A stretch of DNA of 64,000 nt from Eledone cirrhosa. Taxonomy: Eukaryota. Shown piece after piece: positions 18,001-30,793 of this stretch; position 1 is the stretch's first letter; every line of letters begins with the position of its first letter. The notes beneath the pieces were generated by a model. It saw only the letters and a program-made list of their open reading frames with translations. It had not been told where the DNA came from and did no database searches. The DNA lies in NCBI GenBank assembly GCA_964016885.1, contig OZ024744.1, positions 95,294,001 to 95,358,000 on the forward strand, in the 5' to 3' direction. The position numbers and the translations under genes are program-made.

Positions 18001-21000
18001 ATTAGATTTAGAATTATACAGTATTAGATTTAGAACTACACAGTATTAGATTTAGAACTACACAGTATTAGATTTAGAACTACACAATATTAGACCTAGA
18101 ACTACACAGTATTAGATTTATAACTACACAGTATTAGATTTAGAACTACACAATATTAGATTTAGAACTACACAGTATTAGATTTAGAACTACACAATAT
18201 TAGATTTAGAACTACACAGTATTAGATTTAGAACTACACAGTATTAGATTTAGAACTACACAGTATTAGATTTAAACTACACAACATTAGATTTAGAACT
18301 ACACAATATTAGATTTAGAACTACACAGTATTAGATTTAGAACTACACAGTATTAGATTTAGAACTACACAATATTAGATTTAGAACTACACAATATTAG
18401 ATTTAGAATTATACAGTATTAGATTTAGAACTACACAGTATTAGATTTAGAACTACACAATATTAGATTCAGAACTACACAGTATTAGATTTAGAACTAC
18501 ACAGTATTTGATTTAGAACTACACAGCATTAGATTTAGAACTACATAGTATTAGATTTATAACTACATAGTATTAGATTTAGAACTACACAGTATTAGAT
18601 TTAGAACTACACAGTATTAGATTTAGAACTACACAGTATTAGATTTAGAACTACACATTAGATTTAGCACTACACAGTATTATATTTAGAACTACACAGT
18701 ATTAGATTTAGAACTATACAGTATTAGATTTAGAACTACACAGGTTTAGATTTATAACTACACAATATTAGATTTAGAACTACACAGTATTAGATTTACA
18801 ACTACACAGTATTAGATTTAGAACTACACAATATTAGATTTAGAACTACACAATATTAGATTTAGAACTAAACTATTAGATTAGGACTACACAATATTAG
18901 ATTTAGAGCTACACAATATTAGATTTAGAACTAACCAGTATTAGATTTAGAACTACACAGTATTAGATTTAGAACTACACAGTATTAGATTTAGAACTAC
19001 ACAGTATTAGATTTAGAACTACACAGTAATAGACTTAGAACTACACAGTATTATATTTAGAACTACATAGTATTAGATTTAGAACTACACAGTATTAGAT
19101 TTAGAACTACACAGTATTAGATTTAGAACTACACAGTATTAGATTTAGAACTACACAATATTAGATTTAGAACTACACAGTATTAGATTTAGAACTACAC
19201 AGTATTAGATTTAGAACTACACAGTATTGGATTTAGAACTACACAATATTAGATTTAGAACTAAACAATATTAGATTTAGAACTACACAATATTAGATTT
19301 AGAACTATACAGTATTAGATTTAGAACTACACAGTATTAGATTTAGAACTACACAGTATTAGATTTAGAACTACACAATATTAGACTTAGAACTACACAG
19401 TATTATATTTAGAACTACACAGTATTCGATTTAGTACTACACAGTATTAGATTTAGAACTACACAATATTAGACTTTGAACTACACAGTATTATATTTAG
19501 AACTACACAGTATTCGATTTAGTACTACACAGTATTAGATTTAGAACTACACAATATTAGATTTAGAACTACACAGTATTAGAGTTAGAACTACACAATA
19601 TTAGATTTAGAACTACACAGTATTAGATTTAGAACTACACAGTATTAGATTTAGTACTACACAGTATTATATTTAGAACTACACAATATTAGATTTAGAA
19701 CTACACAGTATTAGAGTTAGAACTACACAATATTAGATTTAGAACTACACAGTATTGGATTTAGCACTACACAGTATCAGATTTAAAACTACACAGTATT
19801 AGATTTAGAACTACATAGTATTAGATTTATAACTACACAGTATTAGATTTAGAACTACACAGTATTATATTATAACTACACAGTATTATATTTAGAACTA
19901 CACACTATTAGATTTAGAACTACACAATATTAGAGTTAGAACTACACAATATTAGATTTAGAACTACACAGTATTAGATTTAGCACTACACAGTATTAGA
20001 TTTAAAACTACACAGTATTAGATTTAGAACTACATAGTATTAGATTTATAACTACACAGTATTATATTTAGAACTACACGGTATTGGATTTAGAACTACA
20101 CAGTATTATATTTAGAACTACACAGTATTAGATTTAGAACTACACAGTATTAGATTTAGAACTACACAGTATTAGATTTAGAACTACACAGTATTAGATT
20201 TAGAACTACACACTATTAGATTTAGAACTACACAATATTAGATTTAGAACTACACAGTATTAGATTTAGAACTACACAGTATTAGATTTATAACTACACA
20301 GTATTAGATTTATAACTACACATTATTAGATTTAGAACTACACAGTATTATATTTAGAACTACACAGTATTATATTTAGAACTACACAGTATTATATTTA
20401 GAACTACACACTATTAGATTTAGAACTACACAATATTAGATTTAGAACTACACAATATTAGATTTAGAACTACACAGTATTATATTTAGAACTACACATT
20501 ATTAGATTTATAACTACACATTATTAGATTTAGAACTACACAGTATTAGATTTAGAACTACACAGTAATAGACTTAGAACTACACAGTATTAGATTTAGA
20601 ACTACACAGTATTAGATTTAGAACTACACAGTATTAGATTTAGAACTACACAGTATTAGATTTAGAACTACACAGTATTAGATTTAGAACTACACAATAT
20701 TAGATTTAGAACTACACAATATTAGATTTAGAATTATACAGTATTAGATTTAGAACTACACAGTATTAGATTTAGAACTACACAGTATTAGATTTAGAAC
20801 TACACAATATTAGACCTAGAACTACACAGTATTAGATTTAGAACTACACAGTATTAGATTTAGAACTACACAATATTAGATTTAGAACTACACAGTATTA
20901 GATTTAGAACTACACAATATTAGATTTAGAACTACACAGTATTAGATTTAGAACTACACAGTATTAGATTTAGAACTACACAGTATTAGATTTAAACTAC

Positions 21001-23175
21001 ACAACATTAGATTTAGAACTACACAATATTAGATTTAGAACTACACAGTATTAGATTTAGAACTACACAGTATTAGATTTAGAACTACACAATATTAGAT
21101 TTAGAACTACACAATATTAGATTTAGAATTATACAGTATTAGATTTAGAACTACACAGTATTAGATTTAGAACTACACAATATTAGATTCAGAACTACAC
21201 AGTATTAGATTTAGAACTACACAGTATTTGATTTAGAACTACACAGCATTAGATTTAGAACTACATAGTATTAGATTTATAACTACATAGTATTAGATTT
21301 AGAACTACACAGTATTAGATTTAGAACTACACAGTATTAGATTTAGAACTACACAGTATTAGATTTAGAACTACACATTAGATTTAGCACTACACAGTAT
21401 TATATTTAGAACTACACAGTATTAGATTTAGAACTACACAGTATTAGATTTAGAACTACACAGGTTTAGATTTATAACTACACAATATTAGATCTAGAAC
21501 TACACAGTATTAGATTTACAACTACACAGTATTAGATTTAGAACTACACAATATTCGATTTAGAACTACACAATATTAGATTTAGAACTAAACTATTAGA
21601 TTAGGACTACACAATATTAGATTTAGAGCTACACAATATTAGATTTAGAACTAACCAGTATTAGATTTAGAACTACACAGTATTAGATTTAGAACTACAC
21701 AGTATTAGATTTAGAACTACACAGTATTAGATTTAGAACTACACAGTAATAGACTTAGAACTACACAGTATTATATTTAGAACTACATAGTATTAGATTT
21801 AGAACTACACAGTATTAGATTTAGAACTACACAGTATTAGATTTAGAACTACACAGTATTAGATTTAGAACTACACAATATTAGATTTAGAACTACACAG
21901 TATTAGATTTAGAACTACACAGTATTAGATTTAGAACTACACAGTATTAGATTTAGAACTACACAATATTAGATTTAGAACTACACAATATTAGATTTAG
22001 AACTACACAATATTAGATTTAGAACTATACAGTATTAGATTTAGAACTACACAGTATTAGATTTAGAACTACACAGTATTAGATTTAGAACTACACAATA
22101 TTAGACTTAGAACTACACAGTATTATATTTAGAACTACACAGTATTCGGTTTAGTACTACACAGTATTAGATTTAGAACTACACAATATTAGACTTAGAA
22201 CTACACAGTATTATATTTAGAACTACACAGTATTCGATTTAGTACTACACAGTATTAGATTTAGAACTACACAATATTAGATTTAGAACTACACAGTATT
22301 AGAGTTAGAACTACACAATATTAGATTTAGAACTACACAGTATTAGATTTAGAACTACACAGTATTAGATTTAGTACTACACAGTATTAGATTTAGAACT
22401 ACACAATATTAGATTTAGAACTACACAGTATTAGAGTTAGAACTACACAATATTAGATTTAGAACTACACAGTATTGGATTTAGCACTACACAGTATCAG
22501 ATTTAAAACTACACAGTATTAGATTTAGAACTACATAGTATTAGATTTATAACTACACAGTATTAGATTTAGAACTACACAGTATTATATTATAACTACA
22601 CAGTATTATATTTAGAACTACACACTATTAGATTTAGAACTACACAATATTAGAGTTAGAACTACACAATATTAGATTTAGAACTACACAGTATTAGATT
22701 TAGCACTACACAGTATTAGATTTAAAACTACACAGTATTAGATTTAGAACTACATAGTATTAGATTTATAACTACACAGTATTATATTTAGAACTACACG
22801 GTATTGGATTTAGAACTACACAGTATTATATTTAGAACTACACAGTATTAGATTTATAACTACACAGTATTAGATTTATAACTACACATTATTAGATTTA
22901 GAACTACACAGTATTATATTTAGAACTACACAGTATTATATTTAGAACTACACAGTATTATATTTAGAACTACACACTATTAGATTTAGAACTACACAAT
23001 ATTAGATTTAGAACTACACAATATTAGATTTAGAACTACACAGTATTATATTTAGAACTACACATTATTAGATTTATAACTACACATTATTAGATTTAGA
23101 ACTACACAGTATTAGATTTAGAACTACACAGTATTATATTTAGAACTACACACTATTAGATTTAGATATTAGATT
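1..23175. repeat. 22-bp satellite array (about 1050 copies visible, runs off the left edge), consensus GATTTAGAACTACACA(G/A)TATTA
   Basis: Direct 22-bp periodicity from base 1 to about 23175, with recurring variant units. No ORF is listed here in the six-frame track. Confidence 0.98.
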
Positions 23176-23270
23176 TATGAAAACTATATTCTTTCATTAT
23201 CAATGAAGAAATTATCATCTAAGCCTTTAAATAAGAACATCATTTTTAATTGTCCACATGCTAATTATAG

Positions 23271-23440
23271 TTAAAGATGTGGACGACTCACCTATACCGA
23301 TGAAACCAGCTTTGGCACGAGGGTCTGCTTCCAGTCGCAGTTGCAGTAGCAGTAGCAGCAGCCGCAGTGAAATGCAACTACTTTCCAACTCTCCTGATAT
23401 CAATCAATCCTCATACACTTCATTTAGTTCTTCTGATGAG
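23271..23440 (+). CDS. TOGARAM1: TOGARAM1/FAM179B-like internal exon 1 (in window): (V)KDVDDSPIPMKPALARGSAS...SFSSSDE
   Basis: Acceptor ttatag|TT (phase 1) and donor GAG|gttagt (phase 0). Phase 0 joins in frame to the next exon. Confidence 0.8.
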
Positions 23441-23513
23441 GTTAGTAAATGTTTAAGATATATATATATAAGGAAAATGATTTTAAAAAAAGGTTTGAAA
23501 ATATATATATAAA

Positions 23514-24016
23514 AGGACGATTTGATAAATTCCGACCTCACACACTTACACCTCTCCAATACAATGTCACTGGACCGAGATCTTTGGCGCTACGCAGTAA
23601 TACAGAAGACCCGCCTTACCTAAGTACAAAGCGAAACCTACAATCAGTAGACACCTCTAACAAAAATACACCCCCGTCCCACTACCCCCACCCCATCCAC
23701 ACCACCCCTTTCAATGTAAAGTTATGTTGGTACCACAACATCCAGGCCGAAACAAATGAGGCCGTGTAGGTGTCATGACAAAAAAACACACACAATCCAC
23801 GCTGTAATGTGGCCGTGTAGGTAACACGGTAAAAACCTCCCAGTCCCACACTGTAAATGTGGTTGGTGTTAGGAAGGGCATCCAGCTGTAGAAAACCCGC
23901 CAGAGAGTCCTATGCGAGCAAGACAACCACTCTTGCCTCAAGTGAGAAAACTCCCGTCCAAACCCATGCAAGCGTGGAAGATGGACAATAAACGATGATG
24001 ATTATGATGATGATGA
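23514..24016 (+). mobile_element. RTE-like LINE 3' end (end of ORF, 3'UTR and (GAT)n tail)
   Basis: Closely matches 33001-33510 of the longer RTE copy and ends in GATGATGAT. Confidence 0.85.
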
Positions 24017-24317
24017 TAAAGGATTTTTATAACATGTACAAAAATTAATGTTAAAAATTGATGTTAAAAATAGATGCTAGAAAAGCCTTCTTTCTTCATT
24101 TTTGATCATCAAAACATGTTATTAGATTGAATTGTTTTTTCATTAAAACTCCTGCATGCTGTTTCTCGACCAGGTGCATTTTTCAAACCCTTGTTCTTAA
24201 TCAGTTTCCTTATATAATGTGATATCTATAGAATGTTTTCTAACATCCACACTTTTTTCACTGTGTTTGTATGTATGTGTGTGTGTGTGTGTATGTGTGT
24301 GTGTTTGATGGAATGTT

Positions 24318-24520
24318 TCTTAGTGGTGAGGGTGTTTGGTTCATAATCTTAACGGTATGTGTTTGATTCCTGGCATTTTTCTGTCCTCAAGCTAGGCACT
24401 TTATTTCCCATTGCTTCGGACAATCTAAACTGGCAAAATGAATTGTACCTGTAATTCAGGTGGGCGGTTTTGTCAAGCATTGTTTCATTCTGAATCTCCC
24501 TGAGAACTATATTAAAGATA
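24318..24520 (+). mobile_element. Degenerate tRNA-derived SINE (same head and central domain as 34290-34550)
   Basis: tagtggt...gtttgattcc head followed by gtcctcaagctaggcactttatttc. Confidence 0.55.
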
Positions 24521-24664
24521 AACATGGTTTGATAATTTCAGCACAGTATATATTTAGCAATCTTTCTAATTCGTAAACAGACACAAAGACATGCATGAAA
24601 TGCATGAAAACCACATGGCGATGGTGATAATGGTGATATTGATGGTTGTTATTAATGTTATTAT

Positions 24665-25595
24665 TGGTGGATTGGCAGTATTGGTAGAGGGTCGGACGCC
24701 ATGCTTTCCAGCATAGAGTTACGTCCCTTGCCATTCTGAGTTCAAATCCCGCCGAGGTTAACTTTGCCTTTCATCCTTACGGGGGTCGATAAAATAAAGT
24801 ACCAGTAATACACTGGGTAACTGCTGGCCTTGTGCCAAAAGTAGAAACAACTATTACTATAAAAAAATAAAAAAATAAATAAATAAAAATATAATAAATA
24901 AATAAATAAATAAAAATAAATAAATAAATAAATAGATAAATAAATAAAAAAAGAAAGAAATAAAGAAAGAAATAATAAAGAAATAATAAATAAAGAAATC
25001 ATTATTACTATTAAGGGTGGTGGATTGGCAGTATCGGTAGAGGGTCTGACGCCATGCTTTGCAGCAAAGAGTTACGTCCCTTTATGGTCTGAGTTCAAAT
25101 CCCGCCGAGGTTAACTTTGCCTGTCATCCTTACGGGGTTGATAAAATAAAGTACCAGTAATACACTGAGTGATTGCTGGCCTTGTGCCAAAAGTAGAAAC
25201 AATTATTACCATTATTATGCTCCTATGCTCTGCAGCATAGAGTTATTTCCCTTTACGTTCTGAGTTCAAATCTTGCCAAGATTAGCTTTGCCTTTTTATC
25301 CTTACGGAGTCGATAAAATAAAGTACCAGTAATGCTCTGGGGTTGATTTAATCCACTTTCCCCTTCCCCAAAAATTGTTGGCCTTGTGTATAAATTAGAA
25401 ACCATTAGGTAGTATCCATAGAGCGCCAGACACCATGCTTTGCAGCATAGAGTTATGGCCCTTTATGTTCTGCGTTCAAATCCCGTTGAGGTTAACTTTG
25501 CCTTTCATTCTTACGAGATCGATAAAATAAAGTACCAGTAATGCACTGGGGGGTAATTGCTGGACTTGTGCCAAAAGTAGAAACATTATTATTAT
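24665..25595 (+). mobile_element. Cluster of four head-to-tail tRNA-derived SINE copies (about 24665, 25015, 25228, 25425)
   Basis: A-box-like TGGCAGTATCGG in the first two copies, B-box GAGTTCAAATC, shared body GTTAACTTTGCCTTTCATCC...GTCGATAAAATAAAGTACCAG...CTTGTGCCAAAAGTAGAAAC and an ATT-rich tail. Confidence 0.85.
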
Positions 25596-25743
25596 TTTTA
25601 AGTCGTTTGGAAGCCTCGACAATGCATATGGGTAAATCTCCGGGTAACAAGGTCCGGTGGTGGAGAGAGAGATGTAAGTGGGTGTACATTATTATTATTG
25701 TTATTTGCTGTTTAATATGAGTTGTTTTTTTAAATATTGGTAG

Positions 25744-25925
25744 ATGCAAAGTTCTTTGAAAAATATAAGAGATAGTGCTTCAAAAAGACGAGCTGAAAAA
25801 TTGGAAAGGAGTAGCAATTCAGCAGACATATTCCAAGGTTTCAACTCCAGTGACAGAGATCACTGGAGTGATTTTCATGATAAGAAGGATGACATGAAGA
25901 GGAAAGAAAGTTTAACAAGCAAACT
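25744..25925 (+). CDS. TOGARAM1: TOGARAM1-like exon 2: MQSSLKNIRDSASKRRAEKLERSSNS...SLTSK(L)
   Basis: Acceptor tag|ATG (phase 0) and donor CT|gtgagt (phase 2). EMQSSLKNIRDSASKRRAEKL resembles the vertebrate TOGARAM1 linker motif EMxSSLRSLRNSAAKKRAKL, recalled from memory. Confidence 0.85.
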
Positions 25926-25984
25926 GTGAGTATTGTTATTGCTTCTAAATGTACTTTCTTGAATATTACAATAATAATTTAAAG

Positions 25985-26780
25985 CAGCCAGTCCACACTG
26001 TAAAGTGGTCATGTAGGTGTCACGACAAAAAGTACCCAGTCCACACTGTAAAGCGGTCATGTAGGTGTCACGACAAAAAACACCCAGACCACACTGTAAA
26101 GTGGTCATGTAGGTGTCACGACAAAAAACACCCAGTCCACACTGTAAAGTGGTCATGTAGGTGTCACAACAAAAAGCACCCAGTCCACACTGTAAAGTGG
26201 TCATGTAGGTGTCACGACAAAAAGCACCAGTCCACACTGTAAAGTGGTCATGTAGGTGTCACGACAAAAAGCACCCAGTCCACACTGTAAAGTGGTCATG
26301 TAGGTTCCACAACAAAAAGCACCCAGTCCACTCTGTAAAGTGGTCATGTAGGTGTCACGACAAAAAGCACCCAGTCCACACTGTAAAGTGGTCATGTAGG
26401 TTCCACAACAAAAAGCACCCAGTCAACACTGTAAAGTGGTCATGTAGGTTCGACAACAAAAAGCACCCAGTCCACTCTGTAAAGTGGCCATGTAGGTGTC
26501 ACAACAAAAAAAACACCCAGTCCACACTGTAAAGTGGTCATGTAGGTGTCACAACAAAAAAACACCCAATCCACACTGTAAAGTGGTCATGTAGGTGTCA
26601 CGACAAAAAAAAACACCCAGTCCACACTGTAAAGTGGTCATGTAGGTGTCACAACAAAAAAACACCCAGTCCACACTGTAAAGTGGTCATGTAGGTGTCA
26701 CGACAAAAAGCACCCAGTCCACACTGTAAAGTGGTCATGTGGGTTCCACAACAAAAAGCACCCAGTTCACACTGTAAATT
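25985..26780 (+). repeat. 48-bp minisatellite (about 16 copies), CACCCAGTCCACACTGTAAAGTGGTCATGTAGGTGTCACGACAAAAAG
   Basis: 48-bp period, seen as a 16-aa repeat in the spurious ORFs. Runs directly into an RTE-type 3' tail. Confidence 0.95.
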
Positions 26781-26947
26781 TGGTTGGCGTTAGGAAGGAC
26801 ACCCAGCCATAGAAACCAAGCCAGGATCAGTTCTGTATGATCAGGACACAGTCATCTGACATGGCTTATCTCACAATGGGACAACTCGTCTAACCTATGC
26901 TAGCATAGAAAAATGGATGTTAAACAGTGATGATGATGATGATGATA
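26780..26947 (+). mobile_element. RTE-type 3' tail (TGGTTGGCGTTAGGAAGG...CATGCTAGCATAG...(GAT)n)
   Basis: Similar to 33345-33510. Confidence 0.75.
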
Positions 26948-27189
26948 ATTTCTTTATGAAACATATCACTTTACATCTTAACGGCCTGTGTACCACATGA
27001 AACTACATTAGCAAGACATTCTTGAAAAGAACAAAACAGTATTATGACTGCATTTCATTAAATATTTACTCTAATACTATAAATTCTCACAACAATCTAT
27101 CCACTAGTAAAGATACTATAAACATTTGAATTAACAAAGCCTGTGTTTAGATATTTTCTGCCAAATTATTGCAGGATGTTAAGAATTAA

Positions 27190-27428
27190 ACATGATGATG
27201 GTTGTGGTGCTGGTAATGGTAATGGTGGTAGTGGTGGTAGTGGTGGTTCTAATAGAAGGGGGCGTTGCTGCTGATGCTGGTTGTTGTGGTGGTGGTGGTA
27301 GTGGTGGTAGTAGTGGTGGTGGTAGTCATGGTAGGGATATTGGTGATAGTAGTGTTGGTGACAGTAGCGTGTGAAGATGATGGTAGTAGCGGTGATGCAT
27401 CTGCTGGCTGTGGTGGTGGTGGTAGTGG

Positions 27429-27459
<31 letters not shown>

Positions 27460-29700
27460 AGTGCTGGTCTTGGTTGTGTTGTTGTGGTGGTGGTGGTGGT
27501 TTTGGTGGTGCTGGTAGTAGTGGTGGTAGCGATGGTAGAGATATTAGTAATAGTCATAGTGGCATTGTAGATGATGGTAGTGGTGGTGGTGGTACTGGTG
27601 GTGCTGGTCGTCGTTGTTGTGGTGGTGGTGGTGGTAGTAGTGGTGGTGCTGGTGGTAGTAGTGGTGACAGTGGTGTTGTAGATGATGGTAGTGGTGGTGG
27701 TGGTACTGCTGGTGCTGGTTGTTGTTGTTGTGGTGGTGGTGGTGGTAGTAGTGGTGATGGTGGTGGTGGTAGTGGTGCCAGTGGTGTTGTAGATGATGGT
27801 AGTGGTGGTGGTGGTACTGCTGGTGCTGGTTGTTGTTGTTGTGGTGGTGGTGGTGGTAGTAGTGGTGATGGTGATGGTGGTAGTGGTGACAGTGGTGTTG
27901 TAGATGATGGTAGTGGTGGTGGTGGTGGTACTGCTGGTGCTGGTCGTCGTTGTTGTGGTGGTGGTGGTGGTAGTAGTAGTGGTGGTGCTGGTGGTAGTAG
28001 TGGTGGTGGTGATGGTGGTGTTGTAGATGATGGTAGTGGTCGTGCTGGTACTGCTGGTGCTGGTCGTTGTTGTTGTGGTGGTGGTGGTAGTAGTAGTGGT
28101 GGTGCTGGTAGTAGTGGTGGTGGTGACAGTGGAGTTGTAGATGATGGTAGTGGTGGTGGTACTGCTGGTGCTGGTCGTTGTTGTTGTTGTGGTGGTGGTA
28201 GTAGTAGTGGTGGTGCTGGTAGTAGTGGTGGTGGTGATGGTGGTAGTGGTGACAGTGGAGTTGTAGATGATGGTAGTGGTGGTGCTGGTCGTTGTTGTGG
28301 TGGTGGTGCTGGTGGTAGTAGTGGTGGTGGTGATGGTGGTAGTGGTGACAGTGGAGTTGTAGATGATGGTAGTGGTGGTGGTACTGCTGGTACTGGTCGT
28401 TGTTGTGGTGGTGGTGGTGGTAGTAGTGGTGGTGCTGCTGCTGCTGGTTGTGGTGATGGTGGTAGTGGTGACAGTGGTGTTGTAGATGATGGTAGTGGTG
28501 GTGGTACTGCTGGTGCTGGTCGTTGTTGTTGTGGTGGTGGTGGTAGTAGTAGTGGTGGTGCTGGTCGTTGTTGTGGTGGTGGTGGTGGTGGTAGTAGTGG
28601 TGGTGCTGGTAGTAGTGGTTGTGGTGATGGTGGTAGTGGTGACAGTGGAGTTGTAGATGGTGGTAGTGGTGGTGGTACTGCTGGTGCTGGTCGTTGTTGT
28701 TGTTGTGGTGGTGGTGGTAGTAGTGGTGGTGGTGATGGTGGTAGTGGTGACAGTGGTGTTGTAGATGATGGTAGTGGTGGTGGTGGTGGTACTGCTGGTG
28801 CTGGTCGTTGTTGTTGTGGTGGTGGTTCTGGTAGTAGTGGTGGTGGTGATGGTGGTAGTGGTGGTGGTACTGCTGGTGCTGGTCGTTGTTGTTGTGGTGG
28901 TGGTGGTAGTAGTAGTGGTGGTGCTGGTCGTTGTTGTGGTGGTAGTGGTGCCAGTGGTGTTGTAGATGGTGGTAGTGGTGGTGGTGGTACTGCTGGTGCT
29001 GGTTGTTGTTGTTGTGGTGGTGCTGGTGGTAGTAGTGGTGATGGTGATGGTGGTAGTGGTGACAGTGGTGTTGTAGATGATGGTAGTGGTGGTGGTGGTA
29101 CTGCTGGTGCTGGTCGTCGTTGTTGTGGTGGTGGTGGTGGTAGTAGTGGTGGTGCTGGTGGTAGTAGTGGTGGTGGTGATGGTGGTAGTGGTGACAGTGG
29201 TGTTGTAGATGGTGGTAGTTGTGGTGGTACTGCTGGTGCTGGTCGTCGTTGTTGTGGTGGTGGTGGTGGTAGTAGTGGTGGTGCTGGTGGTAGTAGTGGT
29301 GGTGGTGATGGTGGTAGTGGTGACAGTGGTGTTGTAGATGATGGTAGTGGTGGTGGTGGTACTGCTGGTGCTGGTCGTTGTTGTTGTGGTGGTGGTGGTG
29401 GTAGTAGTAGTGGTGGTGCTGGTAGTAGTGGTTGTGGTGACAGTGGTGTTGTAGATGGTGGTAGTGGTGGTGGTGGTACTGCTGGTGCTGGTTATTGTGG
29501 TGGTGGTGGTGGTGATTTTGGTGGTGCTGGTAGTAGTGGTGGTGGTGGTGCGCGCTGCTGCTGGTTGTGGTGATGGTGGTAGTGGTGACAGTGGTGTTGT
29601 AGATGGTCTTAGTAATGGTGCTGCTTCTTGTTGTTATTGTTGTTGTGGTAGTGGTGGTTCTGCTGCTTGTTGCTGGTGGTGGTGAAGAAGATGATGATGA
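27190..29700. repeat. GGT/GGTAGT/GTT compound low-complexity array with about 100-bp variable super-units
   Basis: Anchors GGTGACAGTGGTGTTGTAGATGATGG and GGTACTGCTGGTGCTGGTCGTTGT recur many times. Confidence 0.92.
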
Positions 29701-29766
29701 CTTTTTTGTATTCTATTTTTTTTCTTCTTTTTTCTTTTTTTTTTTTTTTTTTGTTAAAACTTGCAG

Positions 29767-30023
29767 CTCCTCTGATTCTTTATTTGATGCGAAGCCTAAT
29801 TTAGTAAGGAACAACTCGATACGGTCCAGACACCAGCATGACTACATAAATGAGAGCATAAAGGTGAGCCAGTCACCAGATTGTGCTCCAGTCACTAGAT
29901 CTCAGAGTAAGACATCAGATGTATGTGTGTTTGGAAAAGGCTATACAGAGGAATCGTATCCGGACGGCAAAGCAGTCGGTAACTCTGCAAATAAAATGAA
30001 ATATCAAAAGAGACTCAGCAAAG
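29767..30023 (+). CDS. TOGARAM1: TOGARAM1-like exon 3: SSDSLFDAKPNLVRNNS...YQKRLSK
   Basis: Long poly-T tract, acceptor ttgcag|C (phase 2), donor AAG|gtaagt (phase 1). Open frame. Confidence 0.85.
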
Positions 30024-30227
30024 GTAAGTATAAAATATGGATGTGCATATATATATATGTATATATTTATATATAGAAAATTACAAAAAAAATATTATTA
30101 AAAACACCATAATCCAGATGAGTGGAAATAGCTTTTATTGTATAATACACGTGTTTCATCATACGTATTACATATAAGTCTAGGGCCACTAATTTTTTCA
30201 TTATCTAATTATTTTAATCAAAATTTA

Positions 30228-30420
30228 TGGCGGTGGATTGGCAGTATCGGTAGAGAGTCGGACGCCATGCTTTGACGCATTGAGTTACGGCCCTTGCCAT
30301 TCTGAGTTCAAATTCCGCCGAGGTTAACTTTGCCTTTCATCCTTACAGGGTCGATAAAATAAAGTACCAGTAATGCACTGAGTAATTGCTGGCCTTGTGC
30401 CAAAAGTAGAAACAATTATT
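30228..30420 (+). mobile_element. tRNA-derived SINE (same family as 24665-25595)
   Basis: GGCGGTGGATTGGCAGTATCGG...GAGTTCAAATTCC...GTAGAAACAATTATT. Confidence 0.88.
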
Positions 30421-30793
30421 TTAATCAAAATTAATTTGCATCCATTTACACTCCATAAATTGTTACACTTGGAAATATAACTACCACATGAACTACCAAT
30501 TGGAATAATTTGTACGTTGAGTAAACACTACAGTAAGCAGTCTTTGATTCTTGTTGAACAATCAATTTAATTGATTACACAAACAGAATTTGAATAATTA
30601 CATACATGTATACATATATGTATATATATATATATATTAGGTTATGCAAGAAATGCTTAGGATTATCCTGAATGCAGTAATGGTTAATTACTACACTAGA
30701 TAGAGTTGACGTATGGTGAGGGGTTACTCAACGAGTTATGGAAGAATAGTTGAAGAAACTCAGTTTCTAATCCTTCTGTATTCCGGAGTGTAG

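Noticed and set aside
1-23175. CRISPR array or telomeric repeat
   Set aside because: No unique spacers, and the context is a eukaryotic intron. The unit has TTAGA but no TTAGGG or TTAGG tracts.
27474-29573. 699-aa Gly/Cys-rich keratin-associated-like protein
   Set aside because: Triplet-repeat DNA with almost one codon per amino acid and no clear ATG start. Exons 2 and 3 join in phase without it.
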